64,000 nucleotides of DNA from Acidobacteriota bacterium (lineage in GTDB: Bacteria; Acidobacteriota; CAIWXX01), in NCBI GenBank assembly GCA_040755995.1, contig JBFMAF010000015.1, positions 50,696 to 114,695 of the forward strand, given 5' to 3'. Shown one piece after another: positions 51,819-61,252 of the stretch. The translations under genes and the position numbers were made by a program. The notes beneath the pieces were generated by a model. It was not told the DNA's origin and ran no database searches. It worked only from the letters and a program-made list of their open reading frames with translations. Every line of letters starts with the position of its first letter. The stretch's first letter is position 1.

Positions 51819-51992
51819 CCCATCAGTCGCGCCCTGGCGATGATGTCAACTATACAGCGCGTCATGAGTCTACAACGCACTCGGCTAGTCGACAGACGCG
51901 CCGTATAACGGAACGTTGCCGAGGCTCCACCCGTAATACCAGATGGGTCGAGATTATGGCTCGCGTCTATCGACAAGCCTGAAGGAGGACAC

Positions 51993-52196
51993 ATGGCCAG
52001 TACGACCAACCAACTTCGCCGGTCGCGCAGTAAGCGCGTGATCGCGGGCGTCTGCGGTGGAATCGCCGACTGGCTCGGCTGGGACCCTACGCTGGTGCGA
52101 GTGCTCTACGTGCTCATCTCCGTCGTCTCAGTCGCGTTTCCTGGAATCCTGGTCTACATCATCCTTTGGATCGCCATGCCGAAGGAGCGGGTCTGA
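51993..52196 (+). CDS. PspC-domain protein
   Basis: LRRSR..RVIAGVCGGIA.WLG.DPTLVR, YIILWIAMP. Confidence 0.92.
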   Translation: MASTTNQLRRSRSKRVIAGVCGGIADWLGWDPTLVRVLYVLISVVSVAFPGILVYIILWIAMPKERV

Positions 52197-52242
52197 TGCC
52201 AGCTATCGAGCAGGGCGCAGCCCGGTAGTATCGCGGATCCTG

Positions 52243-53100
52243 CTACGCGATCGCCGCCGAGAGATAGCCGACCACGTCCGATGCGGGCGCGTGCCCATCG
52301 GGCGAGTCCGACGAATCCGCGCGCTTGAGAACGCGCGCCGTCTTGCAGCCGGCCTTTCGAGCAGCCAGCAGCACCGCCACGGCCGGCCCGCCGCCGCACA
52401 TCTCCGTCTCGCCCCGCTCGAGCGCCGTCCCCAATCCCTCGCCGTCCATGTTCTCGATGTAGTGCTCCGCACGCCCATCCAGCCGCGCCGCCACTTCCTT
52501 GGGGTAGTAGTGGGAGAGGTCGGTGGAGGCAACCAAGAGCGTCGTGTCGTTCCACACCTTCGCCAGACCCTCGGCAAGCTCCTGGCAGCGCGGAAAGCTC
52601 TGGCTCGTCATCAGCACCGGGACAATGCTGAAATCGCTCGAGATCTCCTGCAGGAAAGGGAGCTGCACTTCGAGGCAGTGCTCGTGCCTGTGGCTTTCCG
52701 GCCGGTGAGCGAAGCTCTCGCTGCTCTTGATGAGCGCGCCAGCCACCCCTGCATCGATCGGCACGCGCCCGAGGGGGGTCTCGAAAGCACCCTGCGCAAC
52801 AACCGGGAATCCGCCGAACACCACCTGGTGATGACTGGGCCCAACCATCACGACTGTGGTGAACGAGTGACCTCGCAGCAGCGCGTAGGCATAGGCAGCG
52901 ACCCATCCCGAGTAGATCAGGCCCGCATGTGGCACGATCAGCGCGCGCGGCGCGCCCGGCCAATCGGGCTTCGCCCCGTCCAGGTAGCGTCTTACCATCG
53001 ACCGGAGTGCCGAGGCGCTGGACGGGTAAAAAGAGCCGGCCACTGCCGCCTTGCGGACGTCGGGATCGCCGAAGGTCGCGAGGAACGGAAGTGGAATCAT
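52243..53100 (-). CDS. amrB: AmmeMemoRadiSam system protein B (MEMO1 family)
   Basis: RKAAVAGSFYP, PHAG..YSG, GPSH, EHCLEVQLPFLQ, STDLSHY, VVGY. Confidence 0.9.
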   Translation of the reverse strand: MIPLPFLATFGDPDVRKAAVAGSFYPSSASALRSMVRRYLDGAKPDWPGAPRALIVPHAGLIYSGWVAAYAYALLRGHSFTTVVMVGPSHHQVVFGGFPVVAQGAFETPLGRVPIDAGVAGALIKSSESFAHRPESHRHEHCLEVQLPFLQEISSDFSIVPVLMTSQSFPRCQELAEGLAKVWNDTTLLVASTDLSHYYPKEVAARLDGRAEHYIENMDGEGLGTALERGETEMCGGGPAVAVLLAARKAGCKTARVLKRADSSDSPDGHAPASDVVGYLSAAIA

Positions 53101-53288
53101 GACTACTGTGGTTGAGGCGAAGAAGTCGTTGCGATTGAGTGGAGTTCCTCGGAGCAGTGCGTCATCGGCCTAATCCGTACCCGTACCCGACCGTGTACGC
53201 GCACGGGTACAGGCCTTCGGCCCGGGTACGGCGGAGTGTGTTGCTTCATCGATCAGAGACCCGCCTCCCCGGGCGCCATTGGCTCGTC

Positions 53289-53714
53289 TCAGTAGTGCGG
53301 ATCGAGATCATCTTCGCCGGACACATCGGAATCGCCTTCGAACGAGTCGTAGTGGTCATGATGCGCGCCCGGACGATGGTTGTTTCTCGGTGCCACCAAT
53401 TTCAGCTCGCTTGCGATAACCTCGAAATTCAGCCTCTTGATGTTCTCCTTATCGGTGTACTCCCGCGTGCTGATGCGACCCTCGATGTACACCTTCTTCC
53501 CCTTCAACAGGTTCTCTTTTGCGATCTCGGCCATTCGTCCGAAGAGCACCACCCGGTGCCACGTCGTCGTCTCGACTACGCTGCCGTCACGTTTCCGAAT
53601 TCGCTCATTGGTAGCGATGTTGAGGTTCGCGACCGGAGTGCCTGCCTGCGTGTATCGGATTTCGGGGTCCTGTCCCAGATTCCCAAGCAAGATCACCTTA
53701 TTCACAGTACCCAT
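53289..53714 (-). CDS. ssb: Single-stranded DNA-binding protein
   Basis: VNKVILLGNLG.DPE.RYT, WHRVV.FG, KGKKVYIEG. Confidence 0.93.
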   Translation of the reverse strand: MGTVNKVILLGNLGQDPEIRYTQAGTPVANLNIATNERIRKRDGSVVETTTWHRVVLFGRMAEIAKENLLKGKKVYIEGRISTREYTDKENIKRLNFEVIASELKLVAPRNNHRPGAHHDHYDSFEGDSDVSGEDDLDPHY

Positions 53715-53744
53715 GACCGACTCCCTTTCCCTATCCGAGGCGCT

Positions 53745-54809
53745 CTACACACTCATCTTAGGTTCCGAGAACAGTGAAGTCAAGGCGAGCGGCAAACCTG
53801 GAATCCCGAGTCGCAGCCTGTAGATTGCGCTGGTGCCGGCTAGAATCATGTTGCCGGCCTGGTCAATGGCGACGCCGACAAGCACGGGCCCCGAGGCGAT
53901 CATCGTGGCCTTGCCCTTGGGGGTGATGCGGATGACCCCGCTGTCTCCGGCCATGGCTTTGGCCACGTAGAGGTTGCCCTCGACGTCGAAAGCCATGCCC
54001 TGCGGGCGCTTGATGCCTGGGTAGAACACCGAGGGTTCGCTCTCTCCCGGGCCGATCCTCAGGATCGCGTCGTAGGTCGAGATGTCCGGATTGGTGATGT
54101 ACAGCGAGCCGTCCGGACCGAGACAGAGGTGGAAGGCGGCGACCGATGGTGGAATCGAGAACATCGGCACGACTCTTTTCTGTGCGGTGACGCAGTACAC
54201 AGTGCCCGACCGGTCTCCGACCAGCAGGTTTCCGAATCGATCGAAGACGATTCCGGTGGCTGTGCCGAGGTCGCCGGCGTAGACCGAGACGTCCTTCGGT
54301 GAAGAGACTCTGTATACGACACCGTTGAAGCGGCTGGAAACGTAGAGAGCATGATCGGGGCCGAAGGCCATCGAGGTCGGGTTCATGATATCCGTGAGGA
54401 AGGATTCGCAGGTCCCGTCGGGCCTGATCACGAAAACAGACACGGGGCACTTCTCGCCGCGGCTGCCGCTCAGCGTCGTGTAGATGTTTCCTTCGTCGTC
54501 GAGGACCGGGTTGTCCACCGGGTGCACGTTCTTGGCGAGCGTCTTCGCGATCTGCAGGTCCACGTCATCGATTGTTTCGCCTGCAATGCTCAGGCCGACA
54601 TTCTCCCCCTCGATCTCATCCGGAAGGCTCACCGTCAGCGACCTGCTGGTCGCGCAGTTGATATGGGCCGGCGTTCCGTTGACCTTTATCTCCGACGTAT
54701 TCCCGATACGGCCGTTGAAACCGCTTCCCATGATGGTCATGCGTCCGCCGGGCACGACGTGGCGCGGCACGATTCGCTGGATGCTGGGCTTCTCTTTCAG
54801 GAAGTTCAT
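53745..54809 (-). CDS. IPT/TIG plus SMP-30/gluconolactonase-like beta-propeller protein
   Basis: N-terminal Ig-like segment; repeated P.GMAFD..GNLYV blades. Confidence 0.75.
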   Translation of the reverse strand: MNFLKEKPSIQRIVPRHVVPGGRMTIMGSGFNGRIGNTSEIKVNGTPAHINCATSRSLTVSLPDEIEGENVGLSIAGETIDDVDLQIAKTLAKNVHPVDNPVLDDEGNIYTTLSGSRGEKCPVSVFVIRPDGTCESFLTDIMNPTSMAFGPDHALYVSSRFNGVVYRVSSPKDVSVYAGDLGTATGIVFDRFGNLLVGDRSGTVYCVTAQKRVVPMFSIPPSVAAFHLCLGPDGSLYITNPDISTYDAILRIGPGESEPSVFYPGIKRPQGMAFDVEGNLYVAKAMAGDSGVIRITPKGKATMIASGPVLVGVAIDQAGNMILAGTSAIYRLRLGIPGLPLALTSLFSEPKMSV

Positions 54810-55712
54810 CTACCGCTCTCCCCACTTGAGCTTTCCGCGCAGCACGTCGAAGTGGTTCTTGTGGGCCGCCTGTACCAGGGTCAGCGAGGACGGCGCACGC
54901 GCGACGGAGATGGCCTCTCCGGCCCCGATCGGCACTCCTCGCTGGCCGTCGAGCGTCAGAAATACATCTTCCCGCCGCGTCGTCAGGCGGATGTCGAGCC
55001 GCGAGTCCCCCGGCAGAACGAGGGGGCGGTGAGTCAGGGTGTGGGGGCAGATCGGCGTGAGGATCAGGGCGGAGAGCTCCGGAGCGAGGATCGGTCCGCC
55101 CGCGGCCAGCGAATAGGCGGTGGATCCGGTCGGGGTCGAACAGATCAGCCCATCCGCCAGGAATCGGGACATGAATCTGCCGTCCAGCCTGACCTCCATC
55201 TCGACGATCCGCGCCAGTGTGGCCTTGTGCACGACGGCGTCGTTGAGAACGATGTGGGTCGCGCCGCTGTAGCGCACCTCGAGCATCAACCGCCGGCTCA
55301 TGGTGCACTCGCCGCGCTCGAACTCCTCGAGCGTCTCTTCCATCTCGTCGAGCGTCACCTCCGTCATGAAGCCCAGGCTACCGAGGTTTACCCCCAGGAC
55401 CGGGACGCTCCGCACCGCGGCATAACGCGCTGTGGCCAGCAGCGTGCCGTCGCCTCCCAGCACGATAATCAGCTGCGCCCGATCCGCGATCTCCTCGAGC
55501 GTGAGCCCGTCCGGCTGCCCCAGCACCTGTGCGCTCCCCGAGTCCAGCAGAATTTCGAGACGGCGTCCCTTGAGCCACGGGAGCAGGCGCCGGAGCGCGT
55601 ACTCGGCGCGGTCAGCGTGGGGCTTGACTGTGACGCCTACGCGGTCGATGGCCCCGAATAGGGCCACCTTCTCGGTGAGGGTGCTGGTCTCCGCTACGGG
55701 AGTTTCCTGCAT
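54810..55712 (-). CDS. nadK: NAD+ kinase
   Basis: LGGDGT, GSLGF, LND, DG.I.STPTGSTAYSLAAGGP, KLKWG. Confidence 0.95.
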   Translation of the reverse strand: MQETPVAETSTLTEKVALFGAIDRVGVTVKPHADRAEYALRRLLPWLKGRRLEILLDSGSAQVLGQPDGLTLEEIADRAQLIIVLGGDGTLLATARYAAVRSVPVLGVNLGSLGFMTEVTLDEMEETLEEFERGECTMSRRLMLEVRYSGATHIVLNDAVVHKATLARIVEMEVRLDGRFMSRFLADGLICSTPTGSTAYSLAAGGPILAPELSALILTPICPHTLTHRPLVLPGDSRLDIRLTTRREDVFLTLDGQRGVPIGAGEAISVARAPSSLTLVQAAHKNHFDVLRGKLKWGER

Positions 55713-56051
55713 ACGCGGCTCGACTCAGCCTCTGCCTTCCCGGCGATCTGCCGATCGGGAATCGAGGATTCCGAACTCCACACTGTGTACTCGGAATGGA
55801 GTCATCTCGCAAGTACCGCCAGACTCCGTTCTCAAACTGCTCCCCCCTCACCGAATCGAGCGTCTCTTCTACCTTAGGAGTCTATAGGGTGAGAGGAGCA
55901 GTTTCAACCCTGGGAAGCTGGGAAGGAGTATCCGGATGGCGGCGTCTCTTGCTGCGACGACTGCGTGCCGTGGGCGTGGCAATCGAGTCCCTGCTCCGAC
56001 GTCGAGTCGCCGATCCGGAGGATCCAGTGCTCGCGGTCCCGAGTCCGGAAG

Positions 56052-56636
56052 CTACTCGACACTCCTGGTTCTGGTGCGGTGTTTGAGGTAGTGGCAGTCT
56101 CGCCGGGCCTTGGATCGCACGAGGCATCGTTCGTGGAAAAAGATGCCGCACTGCAGGCATGTTTCACGCGATTTCTCCGGCGCCCGATCGAGGAGGGCGA
56201 CAGAGAGCGTCTCGAGCAGCGTCGAGACCTCTTCCAGCTTCGACTCGCTCAGCTCCGCGAAAACGCCCGGCATGTCGGCCGCTCGCAGATCGTCGAACTC
56301 CTTCACCAGGCGCGCCCCGTCGTCGGTCAGCGACAGTTGCACGGTGCGGCGATCTTGCTCGAGGTCGGCTCTAACCAGCAAGCTCTTTCTTACCATGCGA
56401 TCGACCGCCTTGCTGGCGGCTGCATTGCTGATCGTGAGGAAGGCGGCGACATCGCCGATCGAAGGCAGGGTCGACGTGGCCACGAATTTCAGCAGCTTGA
56501 ACTGAGGGTACGTCAACTTGCCGCCGGTCACCTGCCTGACCAACGCCTCCAGCATGACGTCTTCCACCACCGCGGCGAAAAGATGGCTGCTGGCCAAGAA
56601 CCGCTCTATGGCACGCGACGGTGGCCTGGTGCTCAT
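56052..56636 (-). CDS. MarR-family regulator with C-terminal Cys cluster
   Basis: wHTH with DRR..LSLT..G; tail CLQC-X7-C-X9-C. Confidence 0.85.
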   Translation of the reverse strand: MSTRPPSRAIERFLASSHLFAAVVEDVMLEALVRQVTGGKLTYPQFKLLKFVATSTLPSIGDVAAFLTISNAAASKAVDRMVRKSLLVRADLEQDRRTVQLSLTDDGARLVKEFDDLRAADMPGVFAELSESKLEEVSTLLETLSVALLDRAPEKSRETCLQCGIFFHERCLVRSKARRDCHYLKHRTRTRSVE

Positions 56637-56792
56637 CGTTGCCGCCTGAATCGCATCCCGTGCAGAATATCACAGGGCCGGCTCGGAGTCACGCTGTCTC
56701 AGCGGTGCGGCGGTGCGGCGGCAGTCTCGAGCAGGTTCCGTGAAACTTCGGCCGGGCGATTCGCGTAGATCATGGTTTGAGGAGGCCGAAGC

Positions 56793-57545
56793 ATGTTGAG
56801 AAAGAGCGTATTCATTGTTGGGGTTTTTGCACTGTTCTTCGCTTTCAGCGCGACGGCACAGACGGTCGATGAGCTGATCGCGAAAAACACGGAGGCGCGA
56901 GGAGGACTGGACAAGGTGAAGGCGATCCAGTCCGTCAAGATCAGCGGCCGCTCGATGATGGGCGGTGGAATGGAAGCGCCGTTTGTATTGCAGATCAAGA
57001 GGCCTGGCCTTGCGCGCCTGGACGTCACGATTCAGGGAAAGACCCTTGTGCAGGCCTACGATGGCGAGGCCGGATGGCAGATCATCCCGTTCATGGGATC
57101 CACTGATCCTGAGAAGATGCCGGAGGAGGAGCTCAAGCAATGGAAGGAGCAATCCGATCTCGATGGTCCGCTGGTGGACTACAAGGCGAAGGGGCACACG
57201 GTGGAGCTCATGGGCAAGGAAGACCTCGAGGGGTCGCCTGCTTACAAGCTCAAGCTCACCTTGAAGGACGGCGACATGAAGTACGTCTATGTCGACGCCG
57301 AGAACTACCTGACGCTGAAGGAGACCACCAAGACGAAGCGCGAAGGGACCGAGATCGAGGTCGATAGCTATTTTGGGGATTTCAAACCGGTAGAGGGCGT
57401 GATGTTCCCGCACTCCATCGACAACCGCGTCCAGGGCAACTCGGTCGGCCAGATGGTGGTCGACAAGATCGAGGTCGGGGCGGCGATGGACGACGGGATC
57501 TTTAAGATGCCGCCCAAGGCGGCACCGGCCGAGCCAGCGAAGTAG
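56793..57545 (+). CDS. Secreted LolA-like / lipoprotein-sorting family protein
   Basis: Signal peptide; QTVDELIAKN.EARGG...GVMFPH...IFKMP pattern. Confidence 0.7.
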   Translation: MLRKSVFIVGVFALFFAFSATAQTVDELIAKNTEARGGLDKVKAIQSVKISGRSMMGGGMEAPFVLQIKRPGLARLDVTIQGKTLVQAYDGEAGWQIIPFMGSTDPEKMPEEELKQWKEQSDLDGPLVDYKAKGHTVELMGKEDLEGSPAYKLKLTLKDGDMKYVYVDAENYLTLKETTKTKREGTEIEVDSYFGDFKPVEGVMFPHSIDNRVQGNSVGQMVVDKIEVGAAMDDGIFKMPPKAAPAEPAK

Positions 57546-57589
57546 CGGACCTGCGAAGCGCGAACTCGAGAAGCTAAGGGAGAACCAAG

Positions 57590-60500
57590 GTGCGCAGGGC
57601 GCTATTACTCATCGCCGTCGTCTTCACACTCGCAGCGTCGCCGGTCGGCGGCGCCGTCAAGATCGACTCGAACACGTTTGGCGCGATTGAAGCCCGCGAT
57701 ATCGGTCCTGCTACGATGGGCGGCCGCATCATGGCGATCGACGCGGTCAACGGTGATCCGCGCATCATCTACGTCGGCAGCGCCAGCGGCGGGGTCTGGA
57801 AGTCCATCAGCGGCGGCACGACATTCCAGCCGGTCTTCGACAAGTACACGCAGTCTATCGGTGCGGTTACGATCGATCAGGCGCACCCCGATACTGTGTG
57901 GGTGGGCACGGGCGAGACATGCACCCGGAACAGCGTCTCGGTAGGAGCGGGTGTCTACAGGACCACCGACGCGGGCGACAATTGGACGCTGGTGGGGTTG
58001 GAGGCGACCGAGCGGATCAGCCGGATCATCGTGGATCCGACAGATTCGAAGATCGTCTATGTCGCCGCAACCGGACACCTGTGGGATTCCAACGAGGAGC
58101 GGGGCGTATACAAGACCACCGATGCCGGGAAGACGTGGCAGCGGGTGCTCTTCGTGGACAAAGAGACCGGCTGTGCCGACCTCGCGATGGACCCGCAGGA
58201 GCACAATACCTTGTATGCGGCGATGTGGCAGTTCCGTCGCAAGCCGTACTTCTTCACCTCGGGTGGGCCCGGCAGCGGCATCTACAGGACCAAGGACGGC
58301 GGCAAGACCTGGGCCAAGGTAACCAAGGGTCTTCCAGAGGGCGACCTGGGGCGAATCGCGCTCGCAGTGGCTCCGTCCAGGCCGAGCGTCGTGTACGCGA
58401 ATGTCGAGGCCCGGAAGAGCGGGCTTTACCGTTCCGATGACATGGGGGAGAGCTGGACGCTGATGAATGCGTCTTTCAACGTGATCTCGCGACCCTTCTA
58501 CTTCAGCCATCTCATCGTCGATCCCAAGGATTACCGCCGCGTCTACAAGCCGGGCTTCTCGCTCTCCGTCAGTAGCGACGGCGGCCAGTCGTTCTCGGGG
58601 ATTTTCTCCGGTTTCGGCGGGAACGTGCACTCGGATCACCACGCGCTGTGGATCAATCCCAACAATACGCTTCACATGCTGCTCGGCACCGACGGTGGGG
58701 TCTACGTCTCCTATGACAAGGGCAACACGTGGAATTTCCTGAACAACCTGCCGGTCTCGCAGTTCTATCATGTGGCATTCGACATGGAGCAGCCGTACAA
58801 TGTCTACGGCGGCCTCCAGGACAACGGATCGTGGATGGGCCCCTCAGCCAGTCCAAACGGCATCGAGAACAAGGACTGGAAAAACGTGGGCTTCGGTGAC
58901 GGGTTCTGGGTGCTCCCGGACCCGGCCGACAAAGACATCATCTACTGCGAGTATCAGGGCGGCAACCTGCTGCGGTTCCACAAGTCAGTTCACGAGACGA
59001 AGGAGATCAGGCCGTATCCGAAGGAAGGCGAGCCGAAGTTCCGCTTCAACTGGAACACCCCGATCGCCATCAGCCCCAAGAGCCCGAGCGCCCTGTACGT
59101 CGGCGCGCAGTACATGTTTCGTTCTACCGACAAGGGCGAGTCATGGGTGCGCATCTCCGGCGACCTCACCACCAACGACCCCGCCAAGCAGAAGCAAGAG
59201 GACTCGGGCGGTCTCACGATCGACAACTCGACTGCGGAGAATCACTGTACGATTTACACGATCGGGCTCTCGCCGCTCGATGAGAAGGAGATCTGGGCGG
59301 GAACTGACGACGGGAACCTCCAGCTTACGCGCGACGCCGGCAAGACGTGGACCAACGTCGTCGCCAACATCCCCGGACTGCCGAAGTGCACATGGTGCAG
59401 TTGGGTGGAGCCCTCCCGATTCAACGCCGGCACAGCCTACGTCACCTTCGACGGCCATCAGACGGGCGACATGAAACCTCACGCCTTCAAGACGACCGAC
59501 TTCGGCAGTACCTGGAAGAGCATCACCACCGATGCTCTCAAGGGATGGGCACACGTCATCCGTGAGGATCTAGTGAAGCCGGACCTGCTCTTCGTCGGCA
59601 CCGAGCTCGGCCTTTTCGTGACCGTCGACGGCGGCGAACAGTGGGCGCAGTTCACCGGAAAGCTGCCAAACGTTCCAGTCTGCGACATCGCCATCCATCC
59701 GCGCGAGTCGGACCTGATTCTGGCGACCCATGGACGCGGCATCATGATCGTCGACGACATCACACCTCTTCGCCAGATCACGCCTGCGGTGCTCGATTCG
59801 AACGTCCACGTGTTCGAGTCCCGCCCGTCCAAGATCGTCCTTCCCAAGTTCGAACAGGACTTCGCAGGAGACTCCGAGTACGTAGGCTCCAATCCCGGCG
59901 ACGTGGCTCGCATCACCTACTACCTCAAGGACCGCCACGTTTTCGGCGACATGAAGCTTGATATTTACGATCCCGGCGGCAAGCTGATGAAAACCCTGCC
60001 GGGCGGGAAGCGACGCGGAATCAACCGCGTCACCTGGTACATGCGGATGAAGCCGCCCAAGGTACCGCCAGCGCCGGTACTCGCTGGCGGCGCCATGTTC
60101 GGTCCCATGGTGCCGGAGGGGACGTACACCGTGAAGCTCGTCAAGGGCAACGAGTCCTACACTGGCTCGATCAAGGTCATCATGGATCCGGCTTCTCCTC
60201 ACTCGGCTGAGGACCGGGCTCTTCAGCAGAAGACCGTCCGGAAGCTGTACGACATGCAGGACCAGCTCGGGTATGTCGCCGACTGTGTCACGAGCGCCCG
60301 CGACCAGGCGCGCGAGCGCGCGAAGAAGCTGGGCAAGGGAACTGGCCTGGCGAAAGAGCTGGATGCGTTTGCGGACAGGCTCGACAAGCTGCACAAGACG
60401 CTCGTGGCCACGAGGGAGGGCGGCTTCTTGTCCGGAGAGGAGCAGCTGCGGGAGCGGGTGGTGGACCTGTATCAGGCCGTCGCGGGCTATGGCGGGAGGC

Positions 60501-60682
60501 CGACGCAGTCGCAGCTCGATCGTATGGTAGTACTAGAGAACGAGCTTCGCAAAGCCGAGCAGTCGTACAAAGCGATCGCAGACGGGGATCTCAACGCTCT
60601 GAACGCAAAGCTGAAGGGCAAGAGTCTCGACCCCATCAGCATCCTCACCAAAGAGGAATGGGACAAGAAGGAATCGACATAG
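57590..60682 (+). CDS. Secreted BNR/Asp-box repeat (VPS10/sortilin-like) glycosyl hydrolase-type protein
   Basis: IGPATMGGRI, many (S/T)xDxGxTW Asp-boxes, GGLQDNGSW, RFNWNTP, ATHGRG. Confidence 0.88.
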   Translation: MRRALLLIAVVFTLAASPVGGAVKIDSNTFGAIEARDIGPATMGGRIMAIDAVNGDPRIIYVGSASGGVWKSISGGTTFQPVFDKYTQSIGAVTIDQAHPDTVWVGTGETCTRNSVSVGAGVYRTTDAGDNWTLVGLEATERISRIIVDPTDSKIVYVAATGHLWDSNEERGVYKTTDAGKTWQRVLFVDKETGCADLAMDPQEHNTLYAAMWQFRRKPYFFTSGGPGSGIYRTKDGGKTWAKVTKGLPEGDLGRIALAVAPSRPSVVYANVEARKSGLYRSDDMGESWTLMNASFNVISRPFYFSHLIVDPKDYRRVYKPGFSLSVSSDGGQSFSGIFSGFGGNVHSDHHALWINPNNTLHMLLGTDGGVYVSYDKGNTWNFLNNLPVSQFYHVAFDMEQPYNVYGGLQDNGSWMGPSASPNGIENKDWKNVGFGDGFWVLPDPADKDIIYCEYQGGNLLRFHKSVHETKEIRPYPKEGEPKFRFNWNTPIAISPKSPSALYVGAQYMFRSTDKGESWVRISGDLTTNDPAKQKQEDSGGLTIDNSTAENHCTIYTIGLSPLDEKEIWAGTDDGNLQLTRDAGKTWTNVVANIPGLPKCTWCSWVEPSRFNAGTAYVTFDGHQTGDMKPHAFKTTDFGSTWKSITTDALKGWAHVIREDLVKPDLLFVGTELGLFVTVDGGEQWAQFTGKLPNVPVCDIAIHPRESDLILATHGRGIMIVDDITPLRQITPAVLDSNVHVFESRPSKIVLPKFEQDFAGDSEYVGSNPGDVARITYYLKDRHVFGDMKLDIYDPGGKLMKTLPGGKRRGINRVTWYMRMKPPKVPPAPVLAGGAMFGPMVPEGTYTVKLVKGNESYTGSIKVIMDPASPHSAEDRALQQKTVRKLYDMQDQLGYVADCVTSARDQARERAKKLGKGTGLAKELDAFADRLDKLHKTLVATREGGFLSGEEQLRERVVDLYQAVAGYGGRPTQSQLDRMVVLENELRKAEQSYKAIADGDLNALNAKLKGKSLDPISILTKEEWDKKEST

Positions 60683-60866
60683 CGTGATCGCCGGGGGGCA
60701 GCGCTCGCCCCCCGCTCGCTCACCAACGGCGCTGGCCACCGACGGCAAGGTGTTCACCTCGCGCGCGGTGGTTCTGACCCAAGCGTCACGCTTGGCTGCA
60801 CCATCTTTGCAGCCTATGACTCCGTAACTGGTCGATGCGCCGATCAATGCAACTACATTCGCGCGA

Positions 60867-61109
60867 TTGCAGGAAGGCGTGGTGCCCTTTCCCAGAACGC
60901 ACGATCTCGAGGAGTTGCTGAAGCTGGCCGTCGGATTGGAGCCCGCATGGGCAAACATGCAAACGGCCGTGGCCCCGCTGACCGACTACGCAGTCGACTA
61001 CCGTTATCCGGGTCTCAGCGCCACCGAGGCGGAGGCACGCGATGCCGTTCAGAAGTGTGAGGCATGCCGAGGTGTTTTCCGCCACTCGCCAGGCCTCGCG
61101 CCCCAGTAG
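60867..61109 (+). pseudogene. HEPN-domain fragment
   Basis: FPRTHDL..L and LTDYAVDYRYPG motifs; N-terminal half missing or frameshifted; no adjacent nucleotidyltransferase. Confidence 0.65.
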
Positions 61110-61252
61110 ATGGGTGTCGAGAGTGACATCGACGTTCAGCGGCACGGGCATTCAGCCGCCGGCAGGGTTACTCTGGCCGGGCGATGCACCTCTCATTCGC
61201 GGATACGGGCGAGGGGCGCAGCCCGGATGACGTGTAGTGCTCGACGCGCCCG

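Noticed and set aside
53174..53231. GTACCC/GGGTAC repeat-hairpin between ssb and amrB as an ncRNA
   Set aside because: It is a short low-complexity inverted repeat, consistent with a REP-like or terminator element; no family features.
55879..55895. AGTCTATAGGGTGAGAG, resembling a group IIC intron 5' segment as I recall it
   Set aside because: There is no GTGCG start, no closing TCCC stem and no RT gene; probably coincidence.
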